DNA of 61,725 bases, filler included, from Bipalium vagum (Eukaryota), in NCBI GenBank assembly GCA_037834085.1. It is 3 parts of 3 records of this genome, joined end to end, with 100 filler letters (N's around TTAATTAATTAA, not from the genome) between each part and the next. Parts side by side here need not be neighbours in the genome. Positions count along the whole stretch, not along the records: positions 23,957 to 41,496 come from JBBMKC010061449.1; positions 41,597 to 61,725 come from JBBMKC010259718.1; 1 more part is not named here. One strand, written 5' to 3'. Of this stretch, positions 37,061 through 51,268 are shown in pieces. The first letter of the stretch is position 1. Each line of letters starts with the position of its first letter. Under the pieces are notes generated by a model. It searched no databases, was not told where the DNA came from, and saw only the letters and a program-made list of their open reading frames with translations. The position numbers and the translations under genes are program-made.

Positions 37061-39154
37061 AAGTATTTTATTTTTTGAAATAAAATACTTAGATGCCATT
37101 TTTTATGAAAGTTCTCTGAAAATTTATGGCAACTTGCTTAAAGGCCCGTATGTAAAAGATTGAACTCAAAAATAAAGACGCTCTTGAGTTGAACAAGTTC
37201 TAAAATAAATTACACGTATAAGATGAAGACCAAGTTAAAATTACTAATTTTCCAAACGATAAAGTTATTAAATTCAGAGAAATAGAAAGTATGATCTGAG
37301 TTCATTAAATATTATTTTGATAAATTTATTATTATAATAAATGCGAACTGCAAATGAATATGTGAAAGGAAATAAGCAGAACATTCTTGAGTATTATTGT
37401 ATTGTAATGGTAATATAAAAAATTTCAGAAGTTAGTAAATGTATTTTTTATGTAATATTTATAATTTTATTTTATTTAAATATTTATAAAATAAAAATTA
37501 ATGAGCAATAATTTTTAGTTTTTAAATATATCGTTTCACTATTTTATCAATTAAAAACATATTTGGGAAGAACATTATGAAAAATATTAATATTTCCTTG
37601 GATACCATTTCAGCTTCTCTCCGAAGCATGGGATTACGTTATATATAGGTGAAAATATTATACTAGACATTATATATTGTAGGCAACATTTTTTCAGAAG
37701 TCAAAGATCCAAAAGTATTAATTTTGCTCTTTATGAAATGCCATAAACTCTCTATATGATTCCCATAGGAGAATTTGTAGACCATTCAAGAATAGGTATG
37801 TTTTGTTCAGCCAGAAATGAAAATATTGACTTTGATTGATGGAAAGGAGCATTGACACTTTTTGAAATGAAATGCCGAAAAGTGAATACCAATCACTTAT
37901 CGAAAAGGCTGATTTCATTGACAAGTAAATCTTAATAAGTTGTGGAACTTATATCCCAAGACCAAATCTTGAAAAAAAATCAAAACATGAACTTTCGATC
38001 TATGCCGCTGAATCTTTTATTAGTCATAGAACTAAATCTTTCGTCTTAAATCGTTTAATAAAAAAATAAATACCGAAAGGTCCGAATACTAGTCGAACAA
38101 TTGTCAATTTTCGGTGGCATTGATTGTGTGGATAACAAGGAAAGATATACTGTAGAATTTATTATAAGTTAAATAATTAAACCTGGATCGTTTATTATTA
38201 ATGAAAGTTAAAAGGGTAAAATAATCTGGAGCAATCATTAAATGTAATATCCAATTTCAAATCAGTCTCAGTGAACACTTTGTATCGCCAGATAAATCTG
38301 AAATTCACATCCAAAATATATAATTCATTTTTGAATTCAATTAAATTGAGAAAAAAGGAAATAAATTATTTTAGTCATGTAGAAAATTATATTTGAGAAT
38401 TTTCATATAAAATCGATAATGATAAACTTTGTTTAGACACTGGTACATTATTTAAATAAACATTACTAAAATCTTTTTTGTTTTTTATTAAAATTTCTAA
38501 ATATATTAATAATGTCCTTTTCATTATGTGAGGAAAATAAATGATATTGAACGGTCAAATTTTATTTCGAATGTCGTAAAATTACTAAAAAAAATTGTAT
38601 TCAATTCTTAATGTAAAATCGTAGATGATAATTTTAAATATTTCAATATAATCTAAGTTCTCACTAACTCTCAATAGTTTACGGAAAATAGTAAAAAAAT
38701 GTCCAGTACTAACACATTCTTTAGCATCTGTGAGTCGATCAAAGGTAGACTCATATTTAAGTGTTTTCTGCTACCTCTCAGCTTTTTATACAGCTTGTAG
38801 TCCACTATTTATTCCAATCACCATCGGAAGTCCTGATCTAGCAGTCAACTAACCAATAGCAACTTTTAAGTCTGCTGACCCTTTATCACATACAGGCTTG
38901 TTGTAATGAGTAGGAATTAGTTATTAGTAATACCTAAGAATTCTTCTGTTAGTGAAGATTGATAACAATATATGTCAAAACCGGTATAAGACTTATAAGA
39001 CGATACATAAGTCTATGGCTATGATCCAGAAACAAAAAGCCATTTACTTGAAAAGCACTACATGAAGAAAAACCAAAAAAGCAAGGATGAAAAATCAAAA
39101 AACAAGGCTTTGCTTGTAATCTTTTGATAATCAACCTTATTGATAATCAGGGTT

Positions 39155-39640
39155 TAGTTTACTATTAATATCTACCAGAAGGTACTAAAATAAACCAGAA
39201 AGTGTATCTGAGCATTTTACGCCAATTAAAAGATTCTATTCGCCAGAAAAGAGCAGCAAATGGGAAAGAGGTAATTGGGTCCTACATTATGCTAATTCTG
39301 GCCTCATTGTGCACATTCAATCTTAAAACTTTTGACTAAAAATAATACCTAAATTCTTCCACAGACACCTTATTCTTCAGATATGGCTCCGTGCGACTTT
39401 TTCCTTTTCTCAAAGTTAAAGATGACCCTTTAAAGAAGATGTGATACCAGAAATGATATCATAGAAAAATCGAAGTCGGAGTTATTCTTATTTCCAAAAA
39501 CGATTATAAAAAATATTTCCTTTTGTGTGAGAAGCGGTGGTGCAATTGCCGGAGGAGACTATTTTGAAAAATATTTTAAAAATAAATGCTTTATATTCAC
39601 TGTATATTTTTCGTGGTCCCAATCCGGGAATTTATTGGAC
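39155..39640 (+). mobile_element. Degenerate mariner transposase 3' half with TIR
   Basis: YLPEGTKINQKVYLSILRQL, PYSSDMAPCDFFLFSKLK, GDYFE and a ccgggaatttattggacac terminus. Confidence 0.85.
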
Positions 39641-40009
39641 ACATTATATTTTGATGGTTCAATTGCTTATCATTCTAGTGGACATTTTGAACATAAAATT
39701 TACCAATTTTCTTAAAATTAATATCCCCAATATCAGAAATAATATTATTATTTATAAATAATCAACTAATATCAAACCATTTAACCCATTAACAAAGTCT
39801 TTCCAAAAAAGTCAATAATTATTTATTTATTTTAATAATACTGATACGGAATCACAAGTTTTCTATTTATTATATAATGATCATTGGCAAATAAAAGAGA
39901 ATAATTTTCTATTTTAAATATTATTTTCAGAAAAGCACAAACACCAAAGGACGACCTAGTGGTAAAAAATATCATATTTTTCTAATTCCAAATGAAAGAG
40001 ATAATCACA

Positions 40010-40670
40010 AAATGGCCACAGGATTTGGGGTTGGTGGAAGATGGGTGCTATTAAGAGGTTTCAAAGGCCCTGCCTCCTTAACTGTTCCACCTAAAGTGTG
40101 GTTGAATGAAGATTTGGTGACTGTGTTTATCATTTTTTCGGAAAACTGAAAAGCAATAGAAATGTATCAAAATTATAAATATATATTACAGATGAAAACA
40201 AAAATCGAAATCGAAACGGAACATAGAACAAAAATCGTTTAATCATTCACCCGTTCAATAAAATAAAACTCGGTTTATATACACATTGGGCTCTCAAACT
40301 GACATTAAATTCACATTTTTCCGCACAAGTCGATCCAGCAGGCTTGACCTTAATTGAGATAATTATTTTATATTAGCTTCGCCTTTCAATTAGAGCTATC
40401 TGAGGAAATAAAATCATTTTCAGATTTAATTAATAATTAGTGAAAATCTACAAAATTTGTTTTCATACCCTGGTCAACCAAACATTTAAGCGTTGGCATT
40501 GTAAGGTTACAAGTGACAGATGTGTTTTCACAGCTTATGAATATGATTTACTTTAGCAGTGAAAGTTTCCTTTTTTAATGAAAATCAATTTAAATTTACC
40601 TTCCAATTGATATTTCTGTGAAGACTCTCGCCATTGAGTAGAGGCTTTCTTACAAAACAGCTCAAGAAAA
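40010..40670 (-). CDS. Possible 3' exons of a small Cys-containing host gene
   Basis: Short open segments bounded by GT/AG (CENTSVTCNLTMPTLKC; STCAEKCEFNV; ...HLPPTPNPVAIL*); no family recognised. Confidence 0.25.
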
Positions 40671-40831
40671 AGGAGTCAAAAGAAAAAATCAAGATCATAA
40701 ACCAAGGCATGAAATTTGATGTGCATTAATTAATACAAAACTTACCCCTGATTACGAAATTGGACACTTAATCATTCATAGTACGTAATAATGCTTATTT
40801 TTTATTTTTCAAAACGGACTTTATAATAATA

Positions 40832-41090
40832 TTGGGTTGGTATTTAAGTCCCTTCGGTTTTTTAGAAGATAGAAAAACAGAAAAATTTTTATTGATAAAA
40901 ATAATCTCAATCAATGATGTGTAGTCCATCTTTATCAATAACCTCCCTTCATCTTTCTACCAATTTAATTATTCCCCTTTCATAGAATTCCTGGGATTTA
41001 TTTTCAAAAATCCAATCAAGATGCTTTTTGGTGGACTCCTCATTGGTGAAAGTTTACCCATAAGCTTATTACTGAAGAAGTCAGACTATT
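40832..41090 (-). mobile_element. mariner 3' end with TIR
   Basis: ttgggttggtatttaagtc TIR; the minus strand reads FENKSQEFYERGIIKLVER*REVIDKDG. Confidence 0.8.
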
Positions 41091-41424
41091 AAAATTTATA
41101 TTCATATTCATATATTAAAATTTATACATTTGGTTTAATATTATTTAAAATTCCATAGGTCTTTTGGTTTGTTTAATTATTCCTTAAGTAATCCTCACTT
41201 TACGAAATTTTAACTAAAAAATTCACCAATTTTGCTAAAAATAAGAAATTAAATATTTAGTAGTGTAAAGATTTTGAGGATCAGACATTTATTTAAATCT
41301 GCAACAGATATTGTGAGGTTTTATTATGATTGGTCACAAAGCTGATTTTATTTTGAAAATTTCTTTGATTTCCATAAAGAGCACTGGTTATTTCACATTC
41401 CTCATTGCTTTAAAAAGAATGGCA

Positions 41425-41427
<3 letters not shown>

Positions 41428-41496
<69 letters not shown>
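41428..41496. repeat. (TAT)n microsatellite running into the gap
   Basis: Perfect run. Confidence 0.97.
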
Positions 41497-41596
41497 NNNN
41501 NNNNNNNNNNNNNNNNNNNNNNNNNNNNNNNNNNNNNNNNTTAATTAATTAANNNNNNNNNNNNNNNNNNNNNNNNNNNNNNNNNNNNNNNNNNNN
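41497..41596. other. Assembly gap (100 bp) with an artificial TTAATTAATTAA spacer
   Basis: N-run with a central spacer. Confidence 0.97.
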
Positions 41597-42210
41597 GTTA
41601 TTCTAAAATTGTTAACTTGTTATTTGATGTTATTGTATAATTTTATTAAATAAAATATTTATTTAAGGCTTAAGCTGATTTTTTTCATTTTGTCTCAAAT
41701 TTTAATTGCCAGGTGTTATAGGCAATTTCGAATGATGCAAGCGTGTTGGAATTTGTTGTGGAATGTGCACCTTGATATTCGATACATTGTTTTTTTAGTA
41801 ATATATAATTTCCTTTTTTAGAATTTACTATACTTTTTTTTATCTAAAAACTATTTTTAACAACCTATACAATTTTATTTCTATTGTTTTCTATTTTTAG
41901 TAATGTTTATTTTCTATTTATATTTTTATACAAATTCTTTATTTATTATTTTTCTAATAATGATTTATAATTAATTAATAATAATAATTATTCAAAAGAG
42001 AATTTTCTGACAATCAGCTATAAATCTTTACATGACTAAAAATAAAAAATCAAATCAAAACAGTAAAATTATGATCATTAAATGTTTGTTGAGTGTCTAT
42101 TTTGGGATGCTCCACAAAAATTTAAATAAAATAGACACTTAAAATTTTTTTGGAAATTTATATTCATAAAATTTAAAGTAATATCATAGAAATTAAAGTA
42201 AAATAAATTA

Positions 42211-42790
42211 TACAGGGTGATCAAAAGTCCCTTTCCTATTTAAAAAGTTAATAAGGTTTTGTTTTGTTTTAATTTATTAATTTTTAGATATTAGTTATGG
42301 GATATTTAAAATGAAATTTTTATTTCTCTTCATAAAGAAAAATTTATTCCGAAATTTTGTGAAAAAATATTTCTATAATGATAATATTTTTATTTGTCTG
42401 AAAAATAAAATCCTGTCTTAGGTTTCAGTAAATAAGAATTACTTAGAAAAAGTACAGTTCAAGAATGATTTTAATAATAACCTTTTTAAAAAAATAAAAT
42501 TATTTATATAAGCAATTCCGGTGATTTTAGTAAAGATTTATTAATATTACTTATAAGACATTTTAATTTGAACAAATTTATTTCTAGAATAAAGTAGTTG
42601 CCCGATTTTGTATATTGTTCTTTGGTTTATCTAATCAAAACACCAATGGAGAATCAAAGACAAAACCATCAACCACATGAAGGAGAATTAACTCAACGGA
42701 AATATCTTCATTTAAATTTTTATCCTTTTTTAATCTTATATGTTCTGTGATAGAATAATTCTACAAAATTCTACACTCTCCAACGTGATT
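42211..42790 (+). repeat. Dispersed repeat (Tc1/mariner-like cagggtg start); inverted copy at 47355-47740
   Basis: caatggagaatcaaagacaaaaccatc, taatcttatatgttctgt.atagaataattctacaaaa and gtaaataagaattact all recur as reverse complements. Confidence 0.75.
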
Positions 42791-45700
42791 TTCCAATCTA
42801 CACAGCTTTCTCAAAACACTCATCATACTTCACCGTTTTTAAATTAAAGTATTTCTAATCTTGAACTGACAATTATAATAGGAGGTCACCCATTCTCTTA
42901 ATTTAAAATACGTACTTTATAGAATTAAGTTTAAATAGAAAATCCAAGAAAACCAATAAGTGAAAAAAATATTTTTGGAAGTCCGACTAAACATATTTTT
43001 TTAATATTAAAACATTAACAATACTAAACACATGACAATTATTTTGGTACTCAAATTTATTAAGTGTTTTATCAATACTATTATTAACATAAAATATTTA
43101 TGATTCCTTGTATAATATCACGTGTCATGTTAAAAAATTTAATTATTTTTTAATTTTATTTTTATCATAATGAAAAAAAATATGACTTCACATAAATTTA
43201 TTTTACTTGTTAAAATAAAATGGGTTAAGTTCATTCTTTTGACCAGATTTGTTTTATTATTCATTATGTCATTATTTTCTCAATTTCAATTAACCTTTAA
43301 TTTAATATTTTTTCTAATTATTATTAATTTATTAGAATAAGTAGAAAAGATAATGATGGGCAGAGGAATGAACTTAACTATATTTTAGAATATGAAATGT
43401 ACCAACTGGTTGATTAACATACGAAATTTCTGCTTTATATTTCATATCAAAATAATAAATTTTGAAATTCTATTTAACTTATTTGTGAAATATTATTAAA
43501 ACACACACATCGTTTAGTCAAGTTATCAATTTTCGTTTTCAAATCGAATTGGATTAGAAACAATGTAAATTAATTTTTTTATTCAAAGATTTAATTTTAT
43601 ATTGAATAAGTCAAGTTTGTCGTAAAATTAAAGTTTTAATTTGTAAATGGTTTAAAATATGAATTAGTTTTTCTAAAATGTAAACATAATTCACAAAGGA
43701 TTGGATAATAAAATTTATATCAAAATTATTAAGTACATTAATTAAAATTTTAAATTGGCCGTAATTAATCATTTTTCATGATCAATACATTTTAAATAAA
43801 TCGGAACCACCGAATCGAAGTTTCGTAAAAAATTTTTAATTTAAATCATTTTTTTAATATTTAAATTATTTTTAACAAAATAAACATTAAAATTTTTTTG
43901 TAACAGTTTTAAATTTAATTCCAATATTCCACACTTCAATTTCTGGAAAGATTTTATACCTCTCTATATCAAATTATTAATACCTCAATCCACTAGTGGT
44001 AAGCTTTATGTTGCACAATAATTCTTCATTCAGGCTTCGACAGCTTCAGGCTTATGGTAGGATAGCATACGTAAGGTACAGTTAACAATCTCAGTGTCCC
44101 ACTGCCTAAGCGGCTTCCACAGGTCTCAACCGATGAGACATCATGAAAGAAAATATTATTAATAAAAATAAATTATTAAGAACAGATTAAGTGCTTCTTC
44201 ATTGTTGCTATAATTTACCTCGAATTGGAAAATTACTTTAAAATAAAAAAATTTTGGATGAATATTAAAATAAAAATAATGTCAATAGGAATTATCAAAA
44301 CAAAATAATAATTAAAATAATAATAACAAAAATAAAAATATACTAAGAAAAATAAATCATTTTTTGGGAATTTTTTCCATTTTACAAATTAATTAATACC
44401 TGGCTTAAGGTTTCCCCCCATTTTTTTAATCACAAAATGCTTTAATGGAAGGATTTATGTCAAATTGGAATTTTAGTTAATTACTTTTAGCCTAAGTCGG
44501 ACTGATTTCTTGAATGTTACCACTAAATATATTTAGCTTAGAGACCATTGACTGTCTCAATAATATTTTCTATTTGCAGCAGTAATAGCTGCTCCTATTA
44601 GCAAATTAGGAGATCAATGAGATATACAGTAGGCGTCATATTATTATAACCACCGCGTTTTTTCATGTTTTACAATTTATCTTAACTATATATTAGATGT
44701 ATTAATATGAAAAAACATTTTTCAAAATTATAATTAATATCATTTAATAGATTAGAAAAAGTAGATAATTGATTATGTGAAGAAACATCCAAAAGTAGGG
44801 AATTTAAAAATTTCTTCAAATTTAGAACTTTTTAAGAAACATTTTGTAAAAGACTCATCAAAAATTTCTTAGATTCCAAAGAAAAAGTATTTCATGTGTG
44901 TTCAAAAAATGAATTAATTATTAACACTTATCGTGCTCTCAATTTTCCAATAATTGATTTAAAGCTCCTGTATTTTATTAATTTAATAGAAAACCATGGT
45001 GAGTTTTATTGTGATAAGATTCTACTTAAGAAAATAGATAATATTGCATCTGTTAACATCATTTTGGGTTTAAATCATCAGATGGGTGACTTGAGAAGTT
45101 TAAAGCAAGACCCAATATTAAAAAACTTTATTTACATGAGAAAATTATTTTGCTAAACATTTGTGAGATATCAGATTTCACCATTTTGGATAGTATCAGG
45201 TGCTTATAGATAGATTTTTTCCTTTGTGTATTGATTTTTGAGATAATATAACATTGAATATTAGTGCTATATTTTTGTAGATTGAATAAAAGTATTAAAC
45301 TTCAATAGTTTTAAACATGATTATCCGAGTTGCGTATCCCACCATTACATTTCTGGAGTCAGATCTAGAAAAAATTTTAGTTAATATTTTCCAAATATAA
45401 ACATTATCATTATGGAATTGTAAACCAATACATTCATGGATTTCATTTTTACAAATCTATGCATTATATGCTCTTGCATTTTGGTCCTCACCTTCAGTGT
45501 CCAGTTCATAGTTCCTTATTATTATCGTGCATTGTGTTAATCAGTTCAGGTGTTGTTTTTGCTTTTTTTAGCTATTTGCGATTTTTATTTTACGTTAAAG
45601 AAAATTGAGTAGAGTCTCTCCATTATTTTTAATTTTTCATCCAATTTTCTTAGTTCATTATCTAGATTTTAGTACTGCTCCTGTTTGTCGTTTATATTTT

Positions 45701-46089
45701 ACCAATTCAATTCTTTTAATCGAAAGTCAAAATTTGGGTAGGGTTTTGTCTTGTGTTTCAATAACTGATTCTGTAAAATTTGAATAACAATGATAAATCC
45801 ATATCTTCATGTCCATATTCGTTGGTATCATCGTTTATCATTATTATCATTATACTTACACCTTAGAGTGCAATTTCTGTGCAAACTGTGGTATTTGGTT
45901 TAATTTCATTAACATTTTTAATGAAGTTTTTGAAAATGCACATTTACAGGGTTTATACTTCAATTTAAAATTTTTAAAAAATTCATACAGATAAAATCAA
46001 AAAGGTAAAGATTTTAAATAATATTTAATAAATTTTACGTATTTTTAAAACATTTTTTCTAAAAAAACCATTACAATCGACTTCTGTAA

Positions 46090-46420
46090 TTATTTTGAGC
46101 CTCTTTTCAATCAAAATGCATAACTTTATTTCTTTCTTTTGTCCACTTTTCTAATTTGATTTTTCCACTTACTGAACATGTTTTCTATTGGGTTAAATTT
46201 TAGATTTTATTCAGGTAAAAACCTTAAATCATGTCCATTTTCTACAATTAAATTTAGAATGTTCTTATTTTTATGAAAAGGTAAATTGTCCGTGACAAAT
46301 GTAAATTGAAACAGTTGTTTCTCGAATAAACAAGTCATTAGAGCTTCAATAAACTGTGTTTCCGCATTTATTCATTGCGCAACATATACTAATATATGTG
46401 ATCGCCAGAATGTATTGGTT
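46090..46420 (-). mobile_element. IS630/Tc1-like transposase C-terminal fragment
   Basis: FVTDNLPFHK..ENGHDLRFLPE*NLKFNPIENMFSKWK. Confidence 0.8.
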
Positions 46421-46459
46421 TGATAATGATAAATAGAATTATAATTATTTATTATATAA

Positions 46460-46690
46460 TACAGCGTCATCCATAAGTAACTGCATGATTTATTTTAAAA
46501 ATATCTTTTTATAAAAATGAAAACGACGACTTTTTCCTGTAATAATTTATTTAGATAAAAAATTACAAATGACACCTAATATTTTTTAAATGGACTCCTC
46601 TGGATGCCTTACACTCACGTGCTCTTTTCATGGTATTTTACATCACTTTTTCAAATAATTCCGGGGAAATATCTTGGATAGCCTATTTAA
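46460..46690 (-). mobile_element. Tc1/mariner-superfamily 3' end (DD41D-like)
   Basis: tacagcgtcatccataagt terminus; the minus strand reads AIQDISPELFEKVM..KRARECKASRGVHLKNI. Confidence 0.5.
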
Positions 46691-47354
46691 ATAATTATTA
46701 AAGATAACCATTACTAAATTATTAAATTAAATAAAAATTAAAAAAAACTGTTTTCTGAGGATTTATGTATTGATTGATTTAAAATAATTTTTAAAAAAAT
46801 GATTATACACATTCGAAAAAAACTGTTAATCGATTATTTTATGAAAACAGAAATGATCTGATTACAGTATTCATATAAAATTTGATTTCAAAGTTTAGGC
46901 TGATATATTGGAAGTTTCTTTTTGATAATTATATTTCTCTTCAGCAAAGCTTTTATGCCCATGTAAGATATTTATAAAGTTATTAATTCCCAAACCATTA
47001 TTCATAGTCCAGCTGTCACAGAGCATTCAGCATCTGTTATTGGTGATAAGGATAATTAATTTATACTTTTATTCAAAGTCTGCAATTTTCCTCAAAATAT
47101 CTCATCGAATTTGTTTATTTCTAAATAAAATGACAAAAAAAATGAAGATACGTTTGTAAATAATTTGTCATTTTTATAATTTTCTTATTTTGGATTTCTT
47201 AATTGAACTTTTTTTAAAAAAATGTTTTAATTAATGGAACTGAATGAACCTGAAATCTAATTTTGATTTTAAGCTCAGAATTAAAAAAGGTTATTCACAA
47301 GGCTCAAAATATTAAGGACATGTTGAGAAGACGGCATAGATCTGAAAAATACTA

Positions 47355-47740
47355 GAAATGTATAGTTTTGTAGAATTATTCTATTACAGAACATATAAGA
47401 TTAAAGAGGGATAAAATTTCAATGAAGATAATTTCTTTGAGTTAATTTTCCTTCATGTTTTTGATGGTTTTGTCTTTGATTCTCCATTGATGTGATGATT
47501 AGATAAACCAGAGACAGAATGTAAGAGGGCAACTATTTTTGCTCTAGAAATTAAATTTTTCACAATAGAATGGATTAAGAAATCATTATTAAAATCGCTA
47601 TAGATTATTTTACATTGATAAATTAAAATATCAATATTAAAAATAAAATTTACATTTTATTTAAAGTCATTAATAAGATGTAATATCAGGAGTAATTCTT
47701 ATTTACCGAGATCTGAGACTTAGAATTTAAGTTTCAGAAA
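47355..47740 (-). repeat. Inverted copy of the 42400-42790 repeat
   Basis: Reverse-complement similarity in several blocks of 20 bp or more. Confidence 0.75.
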
Positions 47741-47787
47741 GCTCAAAAATAAAGCAACATTAATAAAAGCAACAAATTTTGTTCATA

Positions 47788-47818
47788 TTAGGTTGGTGCA
47801 AAAGTAATGCAATTTTTA
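47788..47818. mobile_element. Isolated cecropia-type mariner TIR
   Basis: ttaggttggtgcaaaagtaatgc resembles the Hsmar1/MADE1-type TIR. Confidence 0.55.
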
Positions 47819-48079
47819 AAGTCAAAAAGATCCAGTTCTCATCTGAAGTCGGAATTGATTCCCAGAAACCGGAATTTTTCGAAGAAGAATTGAGCTCATA
47901 ACTACCTTAGCAGTAACATTGGCAGACATCAAAGCGGGTGGAATTCATCTACCACAAAGATTACTTTTTCCAAGGAGATTCAAATGTCTGGTAATTGTGG
48001 CATAGCCATGTTTGAATATTTATGCCAATTTTCATCTCATTAATATTGAATCTTCTTCGATTAATTTAAAAAAAATGAC

Positions 48080-48400
48080 TGCCGATTTTTAAAAAGACTT
48101 GCATAGAAAATTGAAGCTTGGAGTTCGACAGTTGACAAAAAAATTTAATGAAGAATTGAGAGTTAATGTTGGTAAAACTACGGTCAGTTCTAGATTTTCA
48201 GAAGAAGGCATTAAAAGAATCTTATATCTTAAAGAGGAAAGAATTTTATAAAAGCTATCACACAGGGTAAACTGATCAATGGTCTAACATAATTTTATCT
48301 GATGAAAAATAGTTTAAAGTATTCGGAAATGATGAGACCCTAAAGTTTTGGAAAGCAAAAGATGAGAAGACAATTCAAGATTGTTTAACACTAACTAAAA
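48080..48400 (+). mobile_element. Tc1-like transposase fragment
   Basis: VNVGKTTVSSRFSEEG..DQWSNIILSDEK*FKVFGND. Confidence 0.65.
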
Positions 48401-50686
48401 CTAAACTAAACGAAATTTTTATGGAACCCTCTATACATCAATTCAATTGATCATAATACTTTGAGACGAGTGTTTTTAGAAATTATAAAAAGAATGAAAG
48501 TAGTATTACATTGTGCTTAAGTCGAGCAATGTTTTTGATGTCTTTTTATGTAATAAATTTTAACTTTGTCCTACATATTGTAAAAAAAACTGTCGAAGAA
48601 GATTCTCACAAAACAATTGAGTCAACTTGCTTTATTATACTTTTTATTCGGATAAGCAAATTACAAGTACTTAAATTTCATCAATTGTTATTTCAAAAAA
48701 AATGTCAACACACAATAAATACCCGGTATGTGTTTTAGTGATCTCTGCAGCCTTTATTGACGAAAGATTTTTCTTAATACTTCACATCATTTTCTTAAGC
48801 TAAAATTTTTTAACTGAAAAATTATTTATTTATTGATTGATTGGTCTTAAAAATTTATATTTATTTTTGTATATTTAGTGAAATTGTGCGATATGGTTTA
48901 CGCATCAACTCATATTTATAAGGTTAATTATAAATGACATGAATTACAATAAAATTATAATTTTAATAATTACGCTAGGAATATCTGCTTTTTGCATACG
49001 ATCGTTTTTTGAATACCCAATATTTACTTTAATATCAATTAATAATAATAATGACGAAGAAAATAAATAATTCAAGTTTATTATTAGTAAATACTGGAGT
49101 TATTGAAGATCATATGAATTTTTAATTAAAAACCTGGAAATTGTATTTAATAATTGATTACAGAAACTTACTTTTGGAAGGTATTGTCCATTGACGCTAA
49201 TGTGAATTTCAATTTCCTTTTCATTACCAAGTGCCTGACTTAAACATGTGGACCAATTTTAAGACTAAGAGTCAACGTTGCATATCATCAGCCATTTCTG
49301 ACGGACTTAAGTAGAATATGCTGACTTCTCTTTGATTTTACTAAGAAAATAAAAATATCATTTCCAATATTAAAACCAATTTTCTATAGCTCATGAATGC
49401 CTCAACTGAAAAATTCAATTAATTCTCAGATCCCATATGCTTATACTTTTGGTGATTGCTCAAGGCCATAATGGATTAAATCAATTTGGCTCAACTGAAA
49501 TCCTGTTCTAAACCGGTAATCCGGTTCTTGCACGTGTAGGTATATTCGATATTCAATACTGATCCGGCATTGCTTTCAGTTTTACATCTGCCAATTACTT
49601 CATTGCCCAAGAATTTGTCCACTATCCTATTCGACTGTATTTGTTTCTCCCTTTTCCTTTGAGAATTAGGCCCAATATCAGAGAAACGTTCAATATCAAA
49701 TAAATTATCAACAAAGAAAGTTTCACCATTCAATCCTCACGGAAATTCTGTATAATATTAAATTGGTTTTATCGAAAATTGTAAAAGCTCCATCAAATTA
49801 ACAAATATGCTTAACAATTATCCTTCGCCTATTTCAACATATAATATGAAGTTAATATTATTTATATTTTGTATTTATTAACGACTTTCTCCGTCAGATA
49901 TTGTCTTGGTTGTCATTATCTGTTATTAGCAACATCGTGGATAAGAATGTTGGTTACTTTTGTAAACTCATTATAATTCTTTATCATTTGAAGAAATCAA
50001 ATGCCAAGAGAAAATAGTCGGCTTTTCGAAAGATATTGATGGAAAATATTATCGATTCATTATTTTAATATTTTGAATAATTTCTGAATAATCTGCTCCG
50101 GGTGGTTAATTTGCTTCATTTATTTTTGTGTGAGCCATCTTTTCACCAGGTTGTTTTGGTCCAGCAGATTGTTATATTTCATTACAACTGCTTTGTTTTT
50201 CTAATATATACTTTCTCACATAATTACAGAAGCGATTCTTTTGACCAGAAAATAAACATAAAATCTGTTCTGTACTGTTAAAATGTTCACTTCAGAAAAC
50301 ATACTTTATTATAAATATGTTCTTTTATATCAGATATGTGTAAAAGAATTCTATTTTTATATTGTCCAAATATTGTAATATTTTTTAAATATATAAATTT
50401 ATTATTTTGTGAATATTTTGAATATATAACAACCCCGTGATATATCTGACTACAAAAATCTAATGGTTTTATACTCAGTGCAAAATAACAAACTAGTAGC
50501 TGGAAACATTCATTTTATCAATACATAAAAATTATCAATTATAATTATTATTATCAATTATCAATAAATAATAAAATCTATATTATCTCTGGAACTCTCC
50601 AGATTAATAATGTCATTATATACGACTTTTATCTATCTTCTAATCGTAGTATATCACAATTATTCTAGGTATTCTTTCAGCTACAC

Positions 50687-51268
50687 CAGTGGTTACATCG
50701 CGGCACATCTATCACAAAAATAAATATTTTCAACTTATAAAGATTTTTTCCAATGAAATAATATAAAAAAAAGAAGATCATATCAAGAAAATTTTATTCA
50801 CATAAAATTTATGTCACAAATACAGTAACGGGTATAGAATAATAATAATAATGATGAAGAGTTATACCTGGTGCTTTTTTACTATTGCTGGAATTTGTGG
50901 GCGAATGTGAGAAGGATAATTTGTGTGGTTTTTGAAACTAATACCTCAGGTAATTTCAGACAATCATCACTATACAACCGATGAACCTTTAGTTTTTTTG
51001 AAGAAATTGTATAATTATTGTTGTCACCATCGCCCTTTCTTTTGAAAAATTTGTCCATATTTGAAGGTGAGTTGAAGAAAATAAATCTAAGAGAAATTTC
51101 ATAATATTTATCCAACTAACTTTGATTTTACGTGTTAATTTAAAATCTCAATTTAAAATATTAAATATTAATGAATATTAAAACATTTTTACTAATATCT
51201 CTTCGCGGCACATCATCAACAATTCCACAGTACACTAATGTGCCGCGGACAGTGATTGTGAACCACTG
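50687..51268 (-). mobile_element. Non-autonomous hAT (Buster/Charlie-type) deletion derivative
   Basis: cagtggtt...aaccactg TIRs; 8-bp flanks agctacac/aactacat with a central TA; cgcggcac subterminal motifs; remnant ORF MDKFFKRK...KKLKVHRLYSDDCLK. Confidence 0.8.

Noticed and set aside
44030-44150. GC-richer island with a hairpin and ccgatgag...gaaa, suggesting a hammerhead/HDV-like ribozyme
   Set aside because: The core CUGANGA is not matched and the stems could not be completed; more likely a retroposon 3' tail
49160-49740. Minus-strand exon-like ORF (80 aa) and neighbours
   Set aside because: Stops in adjoining segments and no recognisable family; cannot support a gene call
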